A stretch of DNA of 63,872 bases, counting the filler, from Blastocystis sp. subtype 4 (lineage: Eukaryota): the NCBI RefSeq assembly GCF_000743755.1. It is 4 parts of 4 records of this genome, joined end to end, with 100 filler letters (N's around TTAATTAATTAA, not from the genome) between each part and the next. Parts side by side here need not be neighbours in the genome. Positions count along the whole stretch, not along the records: positions 13,806 to 27,456 come from NW_014569262.1; positions 27,557 to 54,095 come from NW_014569261.1; 2 more parts are not named here. One strand, given 5' to 3'. This document shows positions 26,940 through 38,595 of the stretch, in pieces (position 1 is the stretch's first letter; each line of letters opens with the position of its first letter). The notes under the pieces were generated by a model that saw only the letters and a program-made list of their open reading frames with translations, was not told where the DNA came from and ran no database searches. The translations under genes were made by a program, and so were the position numbers.

Positions 26940-27357
26940 TACAGAAGGTAATAATGACTGTAAAAGAAAGAACCGCGGGAGAAAATGTACACTGAAATAG
27001 AAGCGTTTATGGATCCCTGTGGAAATGGATCATTTCGTGTTCATGATTCGGATTGGTAACAAAGCGATTCACTAATGGATTGGAACACAATCACAATTCC
27101 TCAATTCCATTGTATCTAATATTGTTCGTAAATGCGCAAACAAAATCATTCATAATGTATATCATAGTGATCTCGGCAAATAGAAACAGAAAGAAGCCCC
27201 AGGATAGAAAACACCCCCACCCCTTAGAGTGCTTCTTTCCTTAAATAGCTCTTACTGTTGATTTGTAAGTGATTTGAATAATCTTTTCTGAAAACAATGT
27301 CTTCTGAGAGAGATTTGTGATATGAGCCATGTTTTTATACTAATTCTCTTGTAGAAC

Positions 27358-27456
27358 ATGCCTCACGCTAACGGATATCGTGCTCGTACTCGCCACATGT
27401 TCAAGAGAGACTTCCGTGATCATGGAGTGATTCCTCTCTCTACTTACATGCGTTGT
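27358..27456 (+). CDS. RPL21: 60S ribosomal protein L21 (eL21), N-terminal fragment truncated by gap
   Basis: [32 protein letters not shown]. Confidence 0.9.
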
Positions 27457-27556
27457 NNNNNNNNNNNNNNNNNNNNNNNNNNNNNNNNNNNNNNNNNNNN
27501 TTAATTAATTAANNNNNNNNNNNNNNNNNNNNNNNNNNNNNNNNNNNNNNNNNNNN
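27457..27556. other. assembly gap with TTAATTAATTAA linker
   Basis: N-run, linker, N-run. Confidence 0.95.
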
Positions 27557-30500
27557 TTCCCTAGATCAGGTTAGAGAGGGTTCAAAATTCACAGAGATGT
27601 TTCAAACACACTTACAGTAACAGTCTTGAAAAAGAGCTGCATGCTGTGTCACTTTGTGAGAATGGTTGGAAATGACAGAAATCCATAAAAACCAAACTGC
27701 AAATCTCCTTTGAATCTCGCTGTTGAATGAGATAGGGGTTTGCATAACTCATATCTAGATCTATATACCATCGTTGGGTTGTCTGACAACAAACAGATAC
27801 ATTTTAAAAGTACATCAAACAAAGGACCCACTTCCTCTTCCACGTTAATAAAGAAGTAGTAAAAGTCATCATTGTTAAAGATTTTAATACATCGGCGACA
27901 GCGCTTCTCTACAAAAGCTTGAGTTTCTCCCACTGGAAGACTCTTTCCAATCAACATCAGTTTCATGATCATCTACCTCTCATCAAAACCATATATCTCC
28001 ACAGATAAGAACTGCTTTTTCAATCCAGCAAACATCGCAATCTTCCTATCGCAATTGGTATTAAGGAAAAGAGGACCACAAAGTAGAAGTTGTGACAATA
28101 CATTCTGGAGAATCCGAACACGCTCCTTAATTGTCAACTCTCTACTCATTAACATGCACATTCTTCTCTACAGCTGATTCAGTGATCGAATGAGAATCTC
28201 AGCTGTCCACTCGACTGTCTGAATTGCCTCATTCACATCTGTTTCTCTAAAGTTGATTCCAGGATCCATTCCTACTTGAGAAACTGGAAGACATCAATAG
28301 AATATGAGATCAATTGCTCAAGATCAGACTGTCTTTGACATTTTGTGAGCTGATTGTATTCGATCACCAGAAATTCCACCTTGATCTGTTTGGAATGATC
28401 AGGCTACAATTATCACCAATTCCACTCATTCATACAACAACGTCCAATGCATTCATACAATAGTTCAAAATACACCTGATTTTGTCCATGGATACAACAG
28501 TGGAAGAAGAAGGTCCTGATTTGCTCTTTTCAATTTCCATCCGTGATCGGACAAATTGAATCTGACAATCTACAAACTCTAGAAGGGTCTACATGAATAG
28601 AGAGCGAAATCAATACACTTTGTTTCAATTTCTGATTGCAAGAAGACATTAACATGGAGTCAATATGTGAATTCATCCACAGCAGACAGTTATACGCACG
28701 ATTGAGATCCACTAGATGAATCAGTTTGGCAAGATTACACATCACAAGACAACAATTCACATAATCATTGTTTGATTCAAATAATTCGATCGATTTCTGA
28801 TATACACCAATTGCTGATGAAATTTGTTTTCCTTGCAAATAACGACCAATCTCATTTAACATTCCAGCATAATTCACTGAGGATGGAGAAAAGAATGATA
28901 ATGAACAAAGGAATAGTTGATATACATGATCATCAGGAAGATAATTCAATTCAGATCCTTTTCCCTTCAATTCATTCATCTCAAAATCTAGTACCTGAAG
29001 AAATGATTGATAACGACTCCAAAGAAGATTAATTTCTGGAGACAATGATTTGACAGAATTCCCACTCTTAGCACAAAATAATATCATTTCTCCAACAAAA
29101 TTATTCATTTCAGATTCTTCTTCAGGTGTACTGGGAATACTTTTACAATAGTGAATGTATGTATTGAGATCACGTAATACTGTGGAATAATCATCTTTCT
29201 TATGCTACAATTCATAATCTGTTCATATCCCTACACAGAATAGTATCAATTGTTTCAAGTATAATTGAATCTTCTTGATCACTTCATGTTGAATACGAGA
29301 ATATTCTCCCACTTGCGATACCACAGATTCTGGATGAAGTGATGTCTTTGTGATAGATTCCATCTCTTTCGTACTGAGGATTAGGACAGTATGATACAAA
29401 TCCAAAGCCTTTTGGAGATGAGTTAGAACCAAATCTGATGTTTGTAATTGCTTTCGATCCTGATTACTTGCATAGCAAAAATCAATTTGATTTTCTGCCA
29501 ATTGCAAGTAATCATCAATTAAGAGATTCCGATAATAATGAACTACAGGCTTCTTCTCAGTACAATCAATTAATTCCTATATTAATCAAGTCTATTCAAT
29601 CACTGTACATGCAATACGATAATTGCTTGAATTATCAAGAATTGTTGTGTTGTATTGTTCGAATCAGAATATGGATTTTGATTAATGATGTTTATGTACT
29701 TGTGACACTCTTCCATTCGTAATGATTTATAACGAATGACATGTTGTAATCGATCCTCTTTTGGTACTGTTTCATACAATTCTGGATTTTCTAAATTCAC
29801 TACACTGACGGTTGGATCTCCATCATGTTTGTAGATCCAGTATGTTCCTGATTCAGAACATCCTTCTAACAGTAATTCCAAAAAGGAAGTGATTTTTGAA
29901 TGCAACTCACCCAAATCCAGTGTGGATGAATAACCACGGTTACTCAATTCTGGTAACATCATAACATCCTCTGTTTTGACAACCGAAATACTACATATTA
30001 TTGGAATAACAAATAGGAACTATTTAGGTCTGTTATCTTCAATATTGTATATCACTACTTGGGCCACTGAAGCAACCAAGCTATTCAAGTACACATGTAA
30101 TGCTTCACTTTCTGTGAAAGCTTTTGCATCATCCTATATAACTCAAAATCATATTTATCACCAACATGAATGTGGATAGCAGTGGGAAGATGATTATCAG
30201 AATATACGACAGGATAATCTGTCTCAACCACGCACTATTCATGAATCAATCATTCTACAAATACAAAACTGTCATCAACACACCACACAGCCAAATGATC
30301 CCAACACTTGGTCTGATTTCGTGGGTTCAAGTCATGTTTAATGGTATCCACTGATTTGTAGTCTCCAGTTTCTGCGACAATAATAGGAGAAGTGGAATGA
30401 ACAGAAGACACCGGAATCTGTTTCAGAAGTTTTCGTAGATGCTTCGACATTGTGCGAGGAATGATCTGTCCCTCATGAGTGGAATCCAGCAGTTTTGGAG

Positions 30501-30988
30501 TAGATTTACTATACATCATCCTCAAATCACAATTTCACCCCTTCAGCTTCATAATGGATCGTTGAAACTCCGTACTTAGGATATCATCTTTGAGTTCGTC
30601 TCCAACAATAATGGAACCATCCACATTGTGAATAATCTAGATGAAATATGGTCTCAATGCTTACATGAGAGAAGGCACCATTCTCGTACAAAGCTGTGAA
30701 GATGCTAACAAGAGAATGTGCATTTCCAAGAAAGTTGGGAATTCGATCTGCTTCGTCTGATGAAGTCATTGGATTTGCATAATTCATTTCAGAACGAACT
30801 GCTGTATCCAATTTGGTACCATCTGCATCTTCAATCGTATACACACCATTGTTTAGTCCCACATGACTAACAATCTTTGTTAAATCGGATGAATTCTCTC
30901 GTTTTACTAGTTGAAACGTCTTGGAATCATAACTATAAATTGGAACAATAAGTGCTAGATCGGAATCACCATTTACAGTTTCTGCCAT
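27557..30988 (-). CDS. EDRF1 (erythroid differentiation-related factor 1)-like protein, spliced, 3' end probably in gap
   Basis: YLNSLVASVAQVVIY...VVKTEDV...FLELLLEGCSESGTYWIYK resembles the EDRF1 core; helical C-terminal half. Confidence 0.5.
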
Positions 30989-31093
30989 CGACCCAGTAAC
31001 CAGACAATTCCTAGAAGTTTTGAACGAAAACAATAAAAAGTGTCATCTGAGAGTGACAAAAATTGTGGGGATTTCATGGCATATCATCGATAA

Positions 31094-32553
31094 ATGGGCT
31101 CATTTGTACGTGTAATTTGGTGTCTCATCTTGCTACTCTTCATTTATGCCCATAATACTGTAATAATGAACATGATCATTTCCTCTAGGTCTTTAACCAG
31201 CTAGACAAGCCAGAAACAACCTATGTTGTTCGATCTGAATCTTTCTTTTATGAACCTGATTCGATTACTCGCTCTGTGCATCAAATTGTGGATAATGAAC
31301 TCGAGACAGAGTTTCTCGATAATTTGGTAGAAATAGAATCAATATTGAAGTCTTCTGGAACAGACATCCCTACTTTGTCAGCCGAGAACGATACGTCCTT
31401 CCTAGTTCGTTCTGTTAGTTCTACCACGTCTCAGATGCCTTCAAGTGTATTATCAGCGTTTCCAACATCATCACCATTCAGTTCAACTGTTGTCCCAACA
31501 CCAGCAAGTGATGACACAACAATCCATCCTTCTACTTCAGTATTCCATACCTCTCCAAAGCCGCCTTCTTCCATCACTGGTCACTTATCCCTATGTCTCA
31601 TAATCTCTGCCGATAACATCGAAGTATCTTCTTATCAATTTCACAACCATAGACTATTCCTAAGAAACTCTCAAATACACTCCGTATGCTCTCTCTATAT
31701 CAACGTTACTTTTCTTTTCATGTTCTTATGTTCACAAAGAGTCCTCTTCTCATCTCTATATGCAATCGTTTATCGATTGAAGTAGTGACTCAATATGAAC
31801 GTAATCCATATGGACTTCCTCTTCTTCGAGACATGATTCAACAGGGGAAACGATTGTATATCGCTGATAACTATGGTTATATAAATGCTGATATTCTCTT
31901 CTCCCCAAATCTATTTGAAGCTCTCATGAATATTCGATCCAATGTGAAACGAAAAGTGATTTCATCTTCAGTAAGAAATAGGTCCTATTTTTGTCATAGT
32001 ATTGTATTGCTGGACGTGTTGCTGATGTTCATATGAGTGATGTTCATTTGAATTTCTCCTCAGTATCTACGTTCAATACATCTCTCTATTCCATTCCCTG
32101 TAAACATGGATTAAGGAATAGAAATAGTGCAGTTTGTGTTATCAATCTAATTCCATGTAGGACATTTTCATTTTCTCCAAAGCATATCCTATTGACAAGA
32201 TGGCAAATGCAGTCATTGGAAGAAGAAAAATCGATAGCTATGTCTTGTTCTTCACTATATCGAACAAAATTACTCTTATTGATCTTACAAAGGCTGGTAG
32301 GTATGATCCATAAGAGTTCATTCAGTGAGAATGCTTCATCAAGGAAGAGATACATACAATCATCATTATGGAAAGAAACGAGGACATGACTACTACTTCA
32401 ACAGTCAGTTCTATGATGACAAATATCAACGCTCAGCTACTCTTTCTTGTGCTTCTTTTCGCTTTAGTAGGTGTGTATATTGAAGTTGAAAGTAGTTAAT
32501 AGTCCTTCAGGAGTTGTTCTCAAATCTATTTCTAGAAATTCAAAGTGATTTAG
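31094..32553 (+). CDS. signal-anchored putative glycosyltransferase-like protein with Ser/Thr-rich stem, spliced; 3' end approximate
   Basis: N-terminal hydrophobic anchor; S/T/P-rich stem; NPYGLPLL...YGYINADILF; TGTTTGTT at 32568. Confidence 0.5.
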
Positions 32554-32713
32554 CATTTATTCAACGGTGTTTGTTCTTCTACATCAGTATCACTCATTCT
32601 GACCTTCCTATTGTCATGATAAAGAATTAATCAGAACTATAAAATAGGTAAATAGAGTAATGATGTGAGGATAAGAATGTGTTGTTGAAAAAGGGTAGTG
32701 AAAGAAGAAAGAT

Positions 32714-32823
32714 AAGAACGGTCATATCTAGTGGAAAGCGCCCTAACCCGTCTGATCTAGGAAGCTAAGTCATTACGAGTTGAGTTAGTACCAGTGTGGG
32801 GGACCCGCTGAGGCTGTTCTTTT
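32714..32823 (+). rRNA. 5S rRNA copy lacking 10 nt (AAGTCTCAAT) near the 3' end; possibly a pseudogene
   Basis: Conserved 5S blocks CGGTCATA, GTCTGATCT.GGAAGCTAAG, GTTAGTAC, GGGGACC; helix I AAGAACGGT/GCTGTTCTT; T-run terminator. Confidence 0.85.
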
Positions 32824-33043
32824 CTCTTTTACTACTATCTTTCTAGTCGTCACTGTGGAGTAATAACCATAGATATCCTCATTTTGTTGTAATAGTGGAG
32901 ATGCAGACCTGTTTCTGAAAACACAATCCCTATTCGAACTACTATGGTATACTCTTTCTCATATATCATTGTGATCACAATACCAACTATTATGAGAAAT
33001 GGACTTTATACTCTTTGAGAATTTGTTGACTAACAAATAATAA

Positions 33044-34218
33044 TTACCAAAACGAATCCATTTGCAGATTTCCCTTTGTACTGATTTCAAAGAGTTAAAG
33101 ACTTCTTCATACCTTGTGATACCCATTTATTTGATATATCTAATGGAGAAATGGATACTGAAAGCAGAAGATTACAGAATTGGGGACAATGATGACCATA
33201 TTAGAAGTTGCTATTCTTGTATTGTTCATATCATGAATGACGAAGGAACCATTTAACAATATGAGGATGATATTTGGAGTGGAACACTTGAACCATAGTG
33301 AGACCTTTCGATCATAACATATCTAATGTATCTTTCCTCTCATCAAACAAATAATGAATTGTCATAATTACGACAAATCCTCGATGATTTGTTTGGAAAC
33401 TGCCGAGAATCCACAGCGACACTTCGCACGATAAATTCTGTAGTGTCTGACAATTTCATCCATTGGAATGTGACCGTATTGACGGATGCCATTGTTGATC
33501 TTCTTGCATGCAAGACAAGGCCATCCCTATAATTAATCATTCCATTAATAACAACAATAATCAAGAGCATTATCACCAACACCAACACTCCTATCCAACC
33601 AATTGCTGTCACGAAGGCCAACGAAACGCCGAGATTAGAAAACAGTAACAAGACAGCAATAACGGCGACGATACAGACTATAAGGAGGTATACATTAATG
33701 ATAAGAACTCCATAGACCTATATGAGAATTGAGTTAGAAAGATACAAAATGAAAGCAGCACATATCAAGATCTCCAAGAGAAGAATAACCAACAAAGAAG
33801 AGTATTGCCCATATGATGGCGCCAGTAGAAGTAGGAATCTATGGCTAACATGTTTCGATAATTAGGACCAGATACCCTGAAAATCGATATAAGAAGAAGC
33901 TACAAACGAGAGGGATAAGAACCAGAAACTATTATAGTCAGATGAAGAGAATTACTACACCATAGATAAGGAACACAATACGGAGCGTACGGGCAACATC
34001 AAAGACCATGGATAATCCAAGAGGAAGGCTAGAGTGAATGATATAATGAAGGACTACTCATCTTCATCCTGAGGTTCATCCTGCTTCATAGGCATCATTA
34101 CTGCAACAGGGACCTGCTGGAGAACCGGATTACCATCAGTTGATGGTTGAGACAACATGCGTCCTTGTACCACAGGAAGAACGTTACCAGCTTGTTGATT
34201 AACATCAGAGTTACTCAT
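33044..34218 (-). CDS. multi-pass membrane protein, weakly MscS-like, spliced
   Basis: Hydrophobic exons; NNTRIATSNMVIIVPNSVIF resembles the MscS STRIRT..G..VIIPNS segment. Confidence 0.45.
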
Positions 34219-34753
34219 ATTCGTTTTCAATTTAACGTAATATCTTTTTGATCATCTGAATGTCGCAGGAAACCATCGAGAAAACTGTTTGATTTCTGTC
34301 AAATACAGAGATTCGTTTCGATGTTATCAATTCTACCGTCCCATCAATTGGAAAATCAGACTAACGAGCCTATCTTTTTTCATCTTCCATACTTATAACT
34401 TTAGGCAATTCTCAATAAAACCTGAAATGGGGATCCTTCCAAACAACCCATAATACTCCTCTATGAAGCTGATACTGGTCTGAAAAGTCATATTCAAGTG
34501 GGTTGAAGTTGAAAATGAAAGAATTCAATAAGTAAGTGGATAGTAGTTGTGAATATGAAGGTCATATCGCTTCAACTCAGTAATTATAAAGAATGTTTAC
34601 GAATAATATAAACGAAATTATAGGAATATCAATTACACTTCCTATGATCAACATCTATATCCATCCAAACTCCTCATATCTATTCGTATAACCACATTCT
34701 CTCTACATTGCATCGATTAAATAATAGGAATAGGAAAGATAGTAGTAAAAGAG

Positions 34754-34859
34754 AAAAGAACAGCATTGAGACTTCTCAGCGGGTCCCCCACACTGGTACT
34801 AACTCAACTCGTAATGACTTAGCTTCCTAGATCGCTTTCCACTAGATATGACCGTTCTT
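34754..34859 (-). rRNA. 5S rRNA copy lacking 14 nt (CCCTAACCCGTCTG, helix III/loop C); possibly a pseudogene
   Basis: Reverse complement matches the 32714 copy apart from the two indels. Confidence 0.85.
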
Positions 34860-34936
34860 GTTTTATTTCTTTCACTACCCTTTTTCAACAACATATTCTT
34901 ATCCTCACATCTATTTCACTCCTTCATCTTGTCATC

Positions 34937-35642
34937 ATGGAAAATATTGATCCACAGTTATACAGATTGCAGATGACTGGAGTACGACTTGCACTGTCGC
35001 AAGTGACAATTGCTACAGCCATAGCATATTATAATAAATTCAAAGAGTATGGGCCCTTTTCAAGCTTTCGGCAAGTAGAAAGTATCAGTGCATGCCTGTT
35101 TTTGGCAACTAAAGTAGCCGATGAAACTCGGAAAATCCGAGACATCTTAAATTGTTGGAAAGAAACTGAAGGCAATTCGTTTGATGTTGAGTTAACGAAG
35201 GAGTTGATACTTTTCTGTTTCTTTATTATGTAGGTATTATCAACTTAAAGAGCGTATTGTAGAGTGTGAACAAGTTATTCTTCGGACATTTGTATTTGAT
35301 GTTGAAACTCGTCACCCGTATACAAATTCTCCTTAATTAAGTTGCAGATATTGCTATTTCTTGAACTGCTGTAAATCATTAAAAGTCTCTATTGAGGTCA
35401 TCCAATGCGGTTGGTCACTTCTTTTGGACTCATATTTGTTTCACATCCGCGAAGAATATGAGATTGCTGTTATTGCTATCTCATCAATCTATCTTGCGCT
35501 TCAAATGCTTCATCAAGATCCGCTTGTTGAACGAGATTGGTGGACACTATTCGATGTTTCGTACATTTTCCCTTTATGAATCACCTCTAGAACCAAGGAA
35601 ATGGCTCAGTGTTGTGGTGATTTGCTGTCAATATACGAATGA
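34937..35642 (+). CDS. transcriptional cyclin (cyclin L/K/Q-like), spliced
   Basis: QVTIATAIAYYNKF, SACLFLATKVADETRKIRDILN, CEQVILRTFVFDVETRHP. Confidence 0.8.
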
Positions 35643-35677
35643 TTGAGTTTCTTCACAAACACAACAAATAAACGGAA

Positions 35678-36770
35678 TTAACGAAACAAGGATAATAGCA
35701 CAGATAATCACAATAATTAGAACACAACATCTGCGCTTACGATTCTTCTTTGCTTCTTTGATGGAATCTTCCAAGTGCTTATTCGCTTCATTCACACGGG
35801 CTTGAGCATTTGATATCTATAGTTGAATTCTTCTTCAACTTCTTACATTCATTTCGATACGATCGATGCTCTCTCCCTGCTCATTTACCATGTATGCCAA
35901 ATCCATAAACATTTGATTCAACTGAACCATTGAACGCTGGATATTCAGTACAGACATGTATGTTTCCTCCACTTGACGTACATTTGTCTTGATTGTTGTG
36001 TTCACATTTCCCATCATTGCCTACATTGAATTAATAACATATTATCTACTCCACGAATAGCTTCAATACTCTGACCACTTTCGATCACTTGGTCAATTTC
36101 TTCATCAGGCTTATCCAGAACCGTCTTCAAAACTCCTTTCACACGAGCTTTCACATTCTTATCGTATTCCACTTGCGTTGCATTATACTTAGCAACAGCA
36201 TCAGCAAACTTTCGAACAGCGGTGTCAATCGAATTCTCTTCGATCCTATTAATCATTGATGATGACTTGATTCACTTTAAATCACTTGCATTCATTGACT
36301 CCTTGTGATTCTTGATATGATCTTTCAGAGCATCAATCTGCGCCTACACATGAGCTACAATTCTTGTAAAAAAAAACCTTCGTCGATTTGATCAGCTTCG
36401 ATGTGTTATCCGTAATCTGCTCCACATCACTTGCTACATGTTACAACTCCACAACTTAAAGAACATGGAATGTTGTCCAACGAGAAGTTCGCTTGATATG
36501 CATAACCACTGAGTTTCTTTTCAACATCACTACAACTCACGACCAAAACAGTCGAAATCTACCAAATCCGTTGAATTCCACTCTCAATCTTCTTCACCTC
36601 ACTCAAGAATTGTTGAACTGTGATTTCTCCCTCAACAGGTTTCGGAGATATATCTCCCATCCTACATGCATCACACCATTCCTCCAACTCTATACTCTAT
36701 ATCATTTTCAGTCATCTTGCGTAATTGTTGTGCAATCTAACACAACCAAAATAGTCCCGATATCTGTCAT
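35678..36770 (-). CDS. syntaxin (Qa-SNARE), spliced; start approximate
   Basis: IQRSMVQLNQMFMDLAYMVNEQGESIDRIEMN SNARE motif; C-terminal transmembrane segment. Confidence 0.85.
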
Positions 36771-36825
36771 AGCATTCCTATCCAATTATCGTGTTATTTG
36801 ACCTGTTGAATTGTAACAGATAGAA

Positions 36826-37348
36826 ATGACAAAGAAGATACGATTTGAATTATGTGGAGGATGACAAATGGCCAACCAAGCTTCCTATTTGAAGGAACTA
36901 ATTGGCCAACACAATTCCTCTCTACTGGAAGACTTAGAGATTACAGAATATGTGGACACAAGTCTAAATGCGGTGTGTATTGTATTCTGGTTTTATAGGA
37001 TAGAGAATGTCTCGAATGATCCAGAAGATCATGTATATCATGTTGTTTGGATCTATCATTCTTCAAAGTGTATTGCATTCTTTTTGAGTATCATGTAGGT
37101 ATCTCCATCTATTTCGTCTCCATTCTATTCGGTTATTGAGTTTTGTAAAGCATATCGTTCTGCAATCTTGATGACCTGTATGGTGGGATTCTATTGTACT
37201 CAACTCTTTTTAAATGATGAAGCGTTCGAGATGTATGTTGATGACAAACTTGTTTTCTCCAAGCTTCAACTGGGTCGATATCCTACAGAAGAGGTGTGTT
37301 TATGTTGATCATAATAAAGCATAGGAGATTCTTAAGCAACTGGAATAA
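36826..37348 (+). CDS. SELENOT: selenoprotein T-like (Rdx family) with Sec encoded by TGA 36862-36864, spliced
   Basis: MTKKIRFELCGG[TGA]QMANQASYLKELI...; central hydrophobic segment; AFEMYVDDKLVFSKLQLGRYP; SECIS downstream. Confidence 0.85.
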
Positions 37349-37358
37349 AGATCAGTAG

Positions 37359-37428
37359 TCATTTCTTCAGGCATGATGGATCTCCAATCAACACATTTGT
37401 GCTTGTAGATTCTGAATTTGAAGAGTGA
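37359..37428 (+). promoter_or_regulatory. eukaryotic type II SECIS element in the 3'UTR of the SelT-like gene
   Basis: Lower stem TCTTCA/TGAAGA; ATGA 37373-76 with TGA 37413-15 quartet; upper stem GGATCT.CAA/TTG.AGATTC; apical AA; mini-stem CAC-ATTT-GTG. Confidence 0.8.
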
Positions 37429-37485
37429 TAACTCTTTTGGCCAAGAGTATATCTGATCAAATGTTTAATCAAAAACAAGAATTGA

Positions 37486-38570
37486 CTATTCATCGCTTTC
37501 ACCCCAATCATCTTCATTCTCATCCCATTCCTCTTCTTTATCCCAATCTTCTTCATAATCTCCTTCATAATCTTCTTCACTCTCTTCGTATCCATAAGCA
37601 TCACATATTCGATCATAGTAATCCTCTGCGTTGCTGTCTTCTGAATCACTATTGGGTTCTTCTTCCTCCTTTCTATCCTCTCAATATTCCATACATCATC
37701 TTACATATCATATATTAAATCAGTATAGCATAACAACGAACAATTCTCTTGTTTCACCAGATCTTCATAAACTAGACAATTCTCATCTTCACTCATTTCA
37801 TTCCTTTCAACACACATGTAAACATCATATACATAGTCGTCTCCAACATCCGATTCCTGACTTTCTCGTTTCACTGATTCACTAACTAGTTTGTATACTT
37901 CACAATACAATTCTGGGTTTTCATGAGAATAAGAGAATTTCTTCCAGAATATAGAAGCTGGAGTCTGGCCATTGCATAAATCAATTGAAGCATCAGCCCC
38001 AAGTTTCAAAAGCTCTAGAGCACGTTCCATATCATCTGTTTCCATCATAATTCCCAACAGTGTGTAATACTCATAGTTGCATTCCTGTTTACAACGATAG
38101 TCAATATCAACTTTTCCTGAAGCAATCAAACTCAAACAGGTGAAATATGAAGATTCCTTCAAGCGACCATCTCGTCCAATATCACACATGCAGTTATCAA
38201 AATGTATATCTACATCACTGTACCCAGCTTGAGTCTTATCAAAAGACACAGTAGTTCCTGGCATGGTGTTAGATGGTTCCTCATTCCAAGCTGGAAAACC
38301 CATCGAAACAGGGTTGGAATCAATCCAGTTTTGAATACCTTTTTTGACAGTCTTATCTACGAGTTTGAAGTGACATCTACAAAGGACGACTCCAATAATC
38401 GCTTACTTAAATCTTTTTTCTTTGTTGATCTGTGTACTATCCAAATCTAGCTGATCGAGATGATCTTCGATATCCCGAAGAGTTGCCACTCGTTTCTCTG
38501 GCATCGAAATGAATACGTCTTCCTGGGGTTCAGCACTTCGACTTCGTTTTAATGCAATAACACCCGGCAT
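37486..38570 (-). CDS. Iwr1/SLC7A6OS-like RNA polymerase II nuclear import factor, spliced
   Basis: N-terminal ALKRSR..EP; YVYDVY; acidic C-terminus with DSEDSNAEDYY. Confidence 0.6.
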
Positions 38571-38595
38571 TTCAGAAAAAGTAATCTGACATACG

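Larger units (their letters stand above)
32662..34911. repeat. ~180-bp inverted repeat pair (32662-32843 and 34735-34911) comprising 5S copies plus flanks
   Basis: Shared upstream GATGTGAGGATAAGAAT.TGTTGTTGAAAAAGGGTAGTGAAAGAA and downstream TTTTCTCTTTTACTACTATCTTTC. Confidence 0.9.

Noticed and set aside
37359..37649. 96-aa minus-strand ORF overlapping the SECIS
   Set aside because: Alternative frame of the acidic Iwr1-like last exon, whose real stop is at 37486.
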